Below are positions 1 to 7,035 of a stretch of DNA of 7,035 bases, piece after piece. The stretch's first letter is position 1. Each line of letters starts with the position of its first letter. The notes beneath the pieces are model-generated. The model was not told the origin of the DNA, ran no database searches, and saw nothing but the letters and a program-made list of their open reading frames with translations. Origin of the DNA: Paraspadella gotoi (taxonomy: Eukaryota > Animalia > Chaetognatha); the NCBI GenBank assembly GCA_051294375.1, contig JBJCIZ010001416.1, forward strand, positions 1 to 7,035, in the 5' to 3' direction. The translations under genes and the position numbers were made by a program.

Positions 1-2770
1 AAAGAAAGGATGTTAGAGGAAGAAGAGAGGAAGGCTAAGTGGCAAGGATAAGGTCGATAGAGCACCTCATTTTGGACCAGGAACCAGGTTTGGATATTTT
101 TAGTAGGGTTGAAAAAATGAAATTTAATTGTAGTTTTAATTTATGCATAAAAAGATAAACAAGGTCAGGTTATGAAAGTGGTCAGAGGGCGTCCTTCATG
201 TTGCTCTATGGCTTATGTCGGAATGTTTAGTAAGGAGATATTGATGATAATATTCAAGATGAATTTTTTTAAGTAGAGTGGATGGAGATGACTGACCAGA
301 TTTAAAGATAGGTGTGATAGAAATGATGAGAAGAAGGAAGCTAGAACAGGTTTCTTAAGGGAATGGCCTCTGGTAAGTCGCCTGGGGCGGATGGGTTTCC
401 TGCAGAAATTCTGGAAATGCTTTTGGGGTTTGGTGGCAAATGACTTATGGCCAGGTGATTGAGTGGGTTTTTCAGAGTGGAAGGGTGATAGGTCAATGTC
501 AGAAGGAGCTGTTCGTCTTTATATAAGGAAGGTTGATAGAGAGGATGTCAAATTATAGAACTGTCAGTTTTTAGTAAATGTAATTATAAAATGATAAGTG
601 GTCTGTATTAATGCGCGATTAGTAGAGGGTTTTAACTGGATTGTGCATCGAGGATCAGGCAGGCTTACCAGGGAGGAAAAATATCAGATGTTTGCATTGT
701 AAGTACAGGATGTAATTGATTATTGTAGAATTCATGAGGTAGGAGCGCTTTTTGTTTTTTGGATCTTGAGAAATGTTTTTGACAGGGTTGACCACAGTTA
801 TGGTTTTAAGACTTTAAAAAATTTGTGTTTTGGTAGAAAATTTAATTAGTTGGGTTAAGGACATTCTATAATAAGGTAACTTAGTAGGGAATATTAGTTA
901 TATGGCATGGTTCTGATGAGATATTGATGACAGGGGAATTTGAGACAGGGTGATTCTCTTCAATGACCCTATATATATTATGGCTTGAGGTTTTTGCAAA
1001 CTTCATTAGGAAGGATAGACATTTATAGAAGTATAAAATTAAAGGGGTCTGAGAGAAAGTAGGGGTTATGTGAATGGACACACAGGGTTTCCTGGGCCCC
1101 CATGGGGTCAGAGCATCGGTAGAGAGGTTTTATGGAAAAGGCGAGTACGTTATGAAAGGGCAGCAGGGGTCAAGGTTAACAGGGTAAGTCTAGTGGGTTG
1201 TGGTTTTAGGGCCTTGAAAGATAAACCCAAGGATTTTTCTGTGGTGTTGACCTGGAAAGGACTGGCTAAGGTTTTAGGAATTGTGGCGTAGGTCGGGTGA
1301 TTTATGATAAAAGCAAATTTTTGCTGATGTTTTTTAAGGTATTAAGTCAAAGTGACCCTTCTGGAAAACTCGTGCATTGTTCAACCTTAGGAAGGGCAAA
1401 GGTTACTAATATATTCTGTATTCTGCTTTTATGGCTTATTAGAACAGAAGTTGTTGACGGCCTCCAGTGGGGCCGTGAATATTGATGCCTATAAGAAAAC
1501 AAAAATAAGAGGTAGAAATTGGTATGTTTTTATGGTAGAAAAGAGATTGTAATGATAGCGCTGAGGGATTCTTATTTATAATGGTGGAGCGCAATTAATG
1601 GATATTAGCAGATAAGGTTAAACACAGAGAATAATGTGGATTTAAAAGGTTTGTTAAGATTGGCCGAGGAATCTTTTTCTAGATTTTAGTGGATGAGCTA
1701 ATTTGGGAGACATGCATGTGGCTTTTATGGATTGGATAGCTTAGGGCAAATGAGCGGGCATTACCAATGGTTATTGGTCGGATTTTATGCTGCAGGCTTG
1801 TTAAGGGCTTGGGTCATGCTTGCCTTTCAATTTGAACCGGGTAATTGCTGTTGATGATTACCATGTTGTTATATAATGCAAAATGTGGACTGATTCAGAT
1901 GGAATAGTTTTAAAGCTCGTTTAGTATATAGTAGAACGAGGATTGGACTGTTGGTCAATTTTTGAATATGCCAATGAATGAAACTCCTCGGCTCTCAGAG
2001 TAAAAGGATTTTTGATATCCAATGTAGAGTGAGGGAACAGGTTTTTAAAAAATATTGTCCCAATCTGATCATCCTCCTGACTTCATTTTGAGGGTACAAG
2101 GAGGCCAATAGGAGGTTGAGTGAAATGTCATTTTGCAGAAATTTATTCTCAATTGAGATTTAACTCTAGATGGTAGGCTTATTGAAGAGAAATGGGGAAA
2201 GAGTACTTGCGAATTAGTTTAACTAATGAAGGTTGGAGGGGGGGGGCCATCTGGGGAACAATTTATGTCCTGATATTTCTTACTATGTTAGATCTTCTAT
2301 TTTGGGCGCCAGGTAAATCATAAATTTCTGGACAGCATACTGGATTATGCCTATGTAGGAAGATGGTGATGGCATTTGTGATCTTTGTGTGGTGCTTTGT
2401 AGCAGTGAACGATGGATATTTTGACTCTGTGCGAGTGGTTGTAAGACTTTGGGAGAGTTGAATGTGACACTTGTTATAAATTGATGATAAGCAAGTGATA
2501 ACCGAGAGATGAGTTAGGCTAATGGGGACAGGGGCCTGGGTGAGGTTAAGAAATAAATTAAGGATTTTACTTTAAGATCTGTTATATTTAAGATGAGAGC
2601 ATGAGAGGATTAGGTATGTTGAGTCGGCAGTTGAATGACTGGGAAAATATTTGTTATTCATTTGAGAAAGGATTTAGAACTAAGAATATTGGGTAGTGGC
2701 CAAATTAAGTGGGCAGATTGGAAAGTTTTAAAAAAAGAATCTTATGGGTAATGTACTGGGTACATTAAAT
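1..2770 (+). pseudogene. Frameshifted ORF2 (linker, reverse transcriptase, C-terminal zinc-finger region) of an L1/Tx1-like retrotransposon
   Basis: Manual translation across frameshifts (/): MASGKSPGADGFPAE/FWKCFW (363-~427); NYRTVSF../..YKMI (551-~596); IVH/EDQAGLPGRK/ISD (~640-689); LDLEKCF/DRVDH (759-795, RT motif A); RQGDSL/..MTLYILWLE (943-~989, motif B'); degraded YxDD as tat gtg aat g gac (1067-1079); YERAAGVKVN and KVLGI (ORF 1070-1291); LGRAKVTNI..LW (ORF 1297-1485); GICDLC (2371-2388); terminal LESFKKRILW (2718-2747). Order and spacing fit L1-clade ORF2. The 3' end is approximate. Confidence 0.93.
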
Positions 2771-2863
2771 TGAGGATGGGACTATAGAGTGGGGTACTTA
2801 AATTAAACGGGACGTTTTAAAATTGGTTATTGGAACTTATATTAACCAATGAGGCATTTCGTA

Positions 2864-3005
2864 ATTGGTAATGAGGGACCACATATTTATATTTTTATTA
2901 ACATGGTTGAGTATTTGTTAGCATTTTATTTTGTATTGGGTATTGAGGACCACATATTTATATTTTTATTAACATTGTTGGAGTATGTTAGCATCTTTAT
3001 TTTGT
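2864..3005. repeat. Tandem duplication, 2 x ~71 bp
   Basis: Identical core ggaccacatatttatatttttattaacat starts at 2876 and 2947 (period 71). Flanks attgg.. and ..gttagcat.ttattttgt also align. Confidence 0.95.
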
Positions 3006-3094
3006 TTTACGAAAAATAGAAAATTAAAAGCTTACATTATTATTTTTGTGTATATCTGTAACTTTTACACTTCTGTAGCTACGCTGTGGTTTTC

Positions 3095-3285
3095 TGGTAT
3101 TTGTTAGAGCGTTCTCATAGTCTTTTGTGTGTATTGTTAGCTCCTCATTGTCGTTTTTAGCGTCTCTTTGTCGTTTTAATTCGTATCTTACATCTTACAG
3201 TGATATTAGTGTGTTTTTATTTCTGTTAGCGTCCTCATGTTGTTTTGTGTATCTGTAGCGTCTCATTTCTGTTTTGAATTACATT
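3095..3285. repeat. Degenerate short-unit repeat (tgttagcgtc(c)tcat-like, ~5 copies) within a ~120 bp higher-order duplication
   Basis: Copies near 3102 (tgttagagcgttctcat), 3135 (tgttagctcctcat), 3158 (tagcgtctct), 3224 (tgttagcgtcctcat) and 3254 (tgtagcgtctcat). The 3102/3135 pair is mirrored by the 3224/3254 pair with a ttttgtgt spacer. Confidence 0.75.
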
Positions 3286-3515
3286 TTGTTTGCGCTTTTA
3301 TCTATTTCCTCAAATGTGGTCTGATCTGCGCTTATACTTTTACACTAGTAAGGTCTCCCTTACTTAATTTATAATATTATATTTTTAGAATATCGTTATA
3401 TGTATACACAAGGTCATTAAATGCTTATAATGCTTTTATAAATATAAACTTTGAATATAAACATTTTTATAATGTTTAGGTATTTTTTTTGCTCATGTTT
3501 TCATAATGCTTTAAT

Positions 3516-3665
3516 ATTTTTGTTTTTTGTCTTGTTTTCATATTTTTATTGTTTTTGTTTTTACGCATATCTTTGAACGTTTTTTAACATTGTTTTTCGT
3601 TTATGCGTTTAGTTTTTGGTTTTTGTCTTTGTTTCATATTTTGTTTTTTATTTTACGCATGTATC
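3516..3665. repeat. Imperfect direct repeat, 2 x ~55 bp, period ~95 bp
   Basis: tttttgtctt..tttcatatttt..ttttacgcat..tc at ~3516-3571 and ~3613-3665. Confidence 0.8.
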
Positions 3666-3774
3666 AAAAAATAAAAATTACAGGAATTTAAAATAAAACT
3701 ATTGCTTCTTCTTGACATTGACCATTTTTCGTTTTTTTAGTTTATTCCGGTTGTTTAGTGATTTTTACATTTGA

Positions 3775-4327
3775 TCCCTTAAACGTTCTTGCAATGTATT
3801 TTTTATAGTTTTTATGGAATTAAGTTTCATAACATTTATTATGATTTTAAACGTTAGGTGTCTTTTGTTTTATTGATTTCAAATATGAGTTAGTTTTTAC
3901 TGTGTTTTCCCGTCTTAAGCGTTCTGTAGAACATTATTTTTATAGTTTCTTTTTTTTTTGTTTTTTTTTTTTTATGAATTAGTTCATACATTTTTAATGA
4001 TTTTTAACGTTTAAAAAAATTTTTTTAGAAAAGATGGTGTCTGTAGTGTCTTAGTGTCTTTTTGTTTTATTGAATTTCAATATGTAGTTTAGTTTTTCTT
4101 ATTTTCCAGTCTTGAACGTTCTTTGAACGTTATTTTTTTAATTTTCTTTATGAATTAGTTTCATAACATTTATTAATGTTGTAATTGTTAGTGTCTTTTT
4201 GTGTTTGTTATCGATAATTTCAATATGTAGTTTAGTTTAGCTTGGACGTTTAGCCAGTCTTTCTTAATGTTAGGGTCTTTTGTTGTTATTGAGATGTTCA
4301 TATACATAGTTTTGTTTACTCCAGTTC
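3775..4327. repeat. T-rich tandem array, ~137 bp basic unit, 3 full copies plus 1 partial
   Basis: Marker atgaattagtttcataacattt at 3814, 3974, 4150 and marker ttagtgtctttt..ttattga..ttcaatatg.ag at 3854, 4051, 4188, 4270. Copy 2 is lengthened by a poly-T tract (~3950-3973) and an insert of roughly 40 bp (~4012-4050). Confidence 0.9.
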
Positions 4328-4382
4328 GGTTGTTAAGCTATTACTGTTTATGATTAGTCCGAATTACTGTTTTTGGGTTATT

Positions 4383-4402
4383 AATAAAAGAAAAAATAAA
4401 AA
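4383..4402 (+). other. Putative polyadenylation signal and A-rich tail of the retrotransposon
   Basis: AATAAA followed directly by agaaaaaataaaaa at the end of the T-rich region, as is typical of L1-group 3' ends. Confidence 0.65.
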
Positions 4403-4420
4403 GTGTTCGTGCATCTGACT

Positions 4421-4500
4421 GTACAGCGGGCCTTCAAAGCAATGCTGTCCGAGCTTTGTGTCCTCTCTCTCTGTGTTTACCCTTTGCGTCTCTTTCTCTG
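4421..4500. repeat. Hairpin + CT-tract motif, copy 1
   Basis: cagcgg (4424), then gctgtccgagctt (4444-4456), then a CT-rich tract. The same arrangement occurs at 5523-5590. Confidence 0.6.
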
Positions 4501-5519
4501 TTTTAACATCCGTTGCTGTGCTTATTTTACAATTATAGTATGTTTCTAGGACCATCTTTAATTTCCGGGGCTAAATATTTTCTTTTTCCAATACTAACTT
4601 TATAATCCCCAAATTCTCTGGATACATCTTATTAACAAAGGATCGTAATTAAGCTATATCTGCAGCTGGTAAAACACATGATGAGATCTATCCTATATTG
4701 CTGACTAATTATAAAACAATGACAACCTTTCAGTGGAACTTTATGTTTACTTTTTTTGTGTTGTCTAACCATATTGGCATGATTACTACATCAAAAAGTA
4801 GTGTGATAGAGACTGAAAGCAAAAATAAGCAACATTTTAAATCTTATATCTGTTATTTATTATAATTAAATTATAATATTTGAAGTTGAGATATTGGAAT
4901 ATTATATATTCTTTTTAATAGAGTAATATGAGTAGATACGTAACAAATTACTATACTACATTTTATTTGACTCGGTGTCCTGTGAGTTTCTAAATAAAAT
5001 TAAAAATCAAAAAAATTTATTTATTAAATTTAAATTTTTAAAATGGCAAATTTTTATTTTCAAATATATTATTTGGAAGTAAGAAACTATCTTAGTCATA
5101 TTAGACCTCGGTACTGGTTTTCAAAAACTAATAAAATTTTCATTAAAAGGGATTACACTTTTACCATGAGCGAAAAAATATTTGGGAAGTCAAAGTTCAT
5201 TGAGTCGTGACTGAAGAAGGTTTAACTTTTTTTGTATCAGGGAGTCTTTCTGGATCGTTCTTCTGACAAGCTTAGACGAGTTTCTTGACTAGGGCCCCTC
5301 TCAATGGTGGTGAACTCAAAAAAGTTAGTATGGGACATGCTCAGAACGAAAATTTTATAGCATTTTTTAGAAGTTTACTTTCGAAATGTTTACAAAAAAT
5401 TTTTTAATATGGCTCCTAATACGCCAATATTTAATTTTGTATGTATTTTTTTATGAAAGGAAAGAGTTCGGTCCCAACTTCATATTCGTCGGAAAGATGA
5501 GTTCAGCTCTGCAGCGTGC

Positions 5520-5593
5520 GGTCAGCGGCGGTCCAGGCGGCTGTCCGAGCTTCTCTCCTCTCCTTTCTCTTTCTCTCTCTCTTTTTTTTTTTT
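5520..5593. repeat. Hairpin + CT-tract motif, copy 2
   Basis: cagcgg (5523), exact 13-mer gctgtccgagctt (5540-5552), then a CT-rich tract and T-run. Confidence 0.6.
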
Positions 5594-5802
5594 GTCCTAA
5601 AAACTTTTATTATCGCCATTTATTCCATCGCTTTTTTCTCAAACTACAAAAATCCAAAAATTTACATGCCAGAGATTATCTCGTGGATTTTTGTTCCCTA
5701 AGTAAATCTATTGCGTTTCGTTTGGGCGGAAAACTTCCAGCCTCTCTCTCTTCTCTCTCTCTTTCACTCATTACAGCGCTTTGTTTGTTTTATATTATGA
5801 TG

Positions 5803-5847
5803 AATGAAATGACTATCATTGCGCAGTCAATGAATGACTATATCATG
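5803..5847. repeat. Short tandem duplication, period ~25 bp
   Basis: aatgactatcat at 5808-5819 and 5833-5844, each preceded by aatg-type sequence and followed by (t/g)gc. Confidence 0.8.
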
Positions 5848-5887
5848 GCTTGATCCTTTATGCTTTTTAACGATTTTATTACATCGA

Positions 5888-6508
5888 TTTTTTAGTTCGG
5901 ATCTGCTTTCAAGCAGATTCCCGACTCTATAATTCACTTTGTCGGTCCATCCCCTCAATATTGTTGGGCACTCACTTACATCATGTCAGAGCATCAAATT
6001 ATAATAAATTATGCAAAAAAAATGTCCGTCCGTCCCAACTTAACAAAAAGCTCCAATAACTTGTGATTGGGTCGTTAGATTGGAATGAAATTTTGTGTGT
6101 GGGTAGGAAAGTGTGATGAAGCTGGATATAAAGTTTTGGTAGAAAAGTCCGAGTGGAAATGAGTTTAAATGAAAAAAATATGAGTCACATTTACTTGAAT
6201 CTTTTTACTTATTTTAACCCATAATTACTCGAATTAAATATAATTGAATTAATAGATTGAGATGAAATTATTACTAATAAATGTTTTAATTAATCAATTA
6301 ATTATTTAATTAATTAATTAATGTGAAAAAATGATGCAAGTTGAAAAAATGACGCGAATTATAAAAATGATGCAAATTGAAAAAAATGTGAGTTGAAAAA
6401 ATGATGCGAGTTAAAAAAAATATAAAAAAATATTGATTTATCATCTGATTAGCTGATTACCGCTTAATTATCATAAGCAGATTCGACATTGTTTGATCAA
6501 ACTTGTTT
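5888..6508 (+). mobile_element. Non-autonomous Helentron-type rolling-circle element (HINE / DINE-1-like), apparently full length
   Basis: 5' T-run (5888-5893); 5' subterminal IR forming a hairpin agttcggatctgctt-tc-aagcagattcccgact (5894-5926); GTCC/GTCG microsatellite remnants (5940-5953, 6023-6036); internal minisatellite; 3' subterminal IR aagcagattcgac (6475-6487), complementary to the 5' arm; perfect 12-bp palindrome gtttgatcaaac (6491-6502); terminal ttgttt. No TSD seen. This matches the described HINE/DINE-1 architecture. Confidence 0.82.
6325..6412. repeat. 18-bp minisatellite, 5 copies (consensus gaaaaaatgatgcragtt)
   Basis: Units at 6325-6342, 6343-6360, 6361-6378, 6379-6394 (16 bp) and 6395-6412. 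A related unit lies at ~6171-6186. Confidence 0.92.
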
Positions 6509-6710
6509 ACCGGAATTTTTCCCAGGAACGTTTATATTGTTTGTTAGTCCGATTTAAAGGAAAATCTCCATTGAAAATATCTTCGATCTCTAAGAATGAC
6601 GTCGGCTCCTACAAAGTTACAGGTTTAACAAACTCTTTGCAGGTTGGAAAGTGGGCATATTCTACGTAATAATTCTGTATGGTGGACTAAAATCCACCAA
6701 CCGTTTATCA

Positions 6711-6890
6711 GCGGCCATTGGTGCCAGAGGCAAGTCATTCGCCTTCCCAACCCTAAGGTCCGGGGTTCTTGCCCGGTGGCCGCCTAGCAGTTAAGAGGGA
6801 CGGGGTACTTAACCCGCCTGTAACACGGTGTTACAGCCTGAACCGAAGCTTAGGGACTGGTTATATTGAACGGTTCTGTCACTGACACAA
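6711..6890 (+). mobile_element. tRNA-derived SINE-like element (head 6711-6783); 3' end uncertain
   Basis: Perfect 7-bp acceptor stem gcggcca (6711-6717)/tggccgc (6777-6783); 5-bp T stem ccggg (6760-6764)/cccgg (6772-6776); A-box-like tggtgccagagg (6719-6730); degenerate B-box ggttcttgccc (6764-6774); tRNA-Gly-like gccttcccaa. The anticodon stem does not pair. A GC-rich structured body continues to ~6860-6890. ttatca at 6705-6710 and 6891-6896 is a weak TSD candidate. Confidence 0.65.
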
Positions 6891-7035
6891 TTATCACTGT
6901 CTCTTCATCAGTTAATTTTCAAGTAATTATCATTTTTAAATTATAGAATTCAATGAGTAAGTTAGATAAAAAAACCAAACTAACCATTGAGAGAGAAGGG
7001 AGGCGGGATTTCGGCGTTTTCTGGATCCTCAATCA

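Larger units (their letters stand above)
1..4402 (+). mobile_element. Non-LTR retrotransposon, L1 group, Tx1-like; 5' part (ORF1/endonuclease) not in window
   Basis: Ordered ORF2 RT motifs in 1-2770. G/T-rich, C-poor strand bias continues through a T-rich region to ~4382. AATAAA at 4383-4388 runs into an A-rich tail (aataaaagaaaaaataaaaa, 4383-4402), after which composition changes. The 3' boundary is inferred, and no TSD can be checked because the 5' end is outside the window. Confidence 0.8.

Noticed and set aside
881-1081. 66-aa minus-strand ORF
   Set aside because: Antisense shadow of the RT region, with no recognisable motif.
1070-1485. ORFs 1070-1291 and 1297-1485 as independent genes
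   Set aside because: They are in-frame fragments of the frameshifted retrotransposon ORF2.
3666-3700. Alternative retrotransposon 3' end at caaaaaataaaaa / aaataaaa
   Set aside because: The same T-rich strand bias and shared motifs (ctttgaacgtt) continue to ~4382, where a longer A-tail occurs. Disfavoured but not excluded.
2864-4327. CRISPR-like array
   Set aside because: Units are duplicated over their whole length without unique spacers, the context is eukaryotic, and there are no cas genes.
5221-5340. Host coding exon after a polypyrimidine tract and CAG at 5238-5240
   Set aside because: All three frames hit a stop within ~55 nt and there is no convincing donor site.
5386-5853. 155-aa and 61-aa plus-strand ORFs
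   Set aside because: They run through CT and T tracts, giving low-complexity L/S/F peptides with no domain signature. Probably spurious.
6711-6784. Functional tRNA-Gly gene
   Set aside because: Anticodon stem unpaired, T loop non-canonical (gttcttg), and no T-run terminator immediately downstream.
5994-6788. Canonical Helitron from a|TC (5994) to hairpin+CTAG (6760-6787)
   Set aside because: The hairpin is better explained as the T arm of the tRNA-like head, CTAG is not followed by T, and the Helentron-type termini at 5888/6508 fit much better.

Overview
AT-rich eukaryotic (probably invertebrate animal) repeat-dense DNA with no intact protein-coding gene. Positions 1-~4402 (+) are the 3' part of an L1-group, Tx1-like non-LTR retrotransposon. 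Its ORF2 is heavily frameshifted but shows recognisable reverse-transcriptase motifs and a C-terminal zinc-finger remnant (1-~2770). It is followed by a ~1.6 kb T-rich putative 3' UTR built from several tandem duplications, ending in AATAAA plus an A-rich tail. Downstream are a short hairpin+CT-tract motif present twice (~4403-4500 and ~5500-5590) and a weak kinase-like peptide remnant on the minus strand. Then come an apparently complete ~620 bp non-autonomous Helentron-type (HINE/DINE-1-like) rolling-circle element (~5888-6508) carrying an 18-bp minisatellite, and a tRNA-derived SINE-like element (from 6711). The many single-base indels may reflect unpolished long-read sequence rather than true decay. 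All calls come from reading the sequence by eye, with no database searches. I see no convincing evidence of a new biological system, and the best leads are the retrotransposon's possible target site and its repeat-built 3' region.
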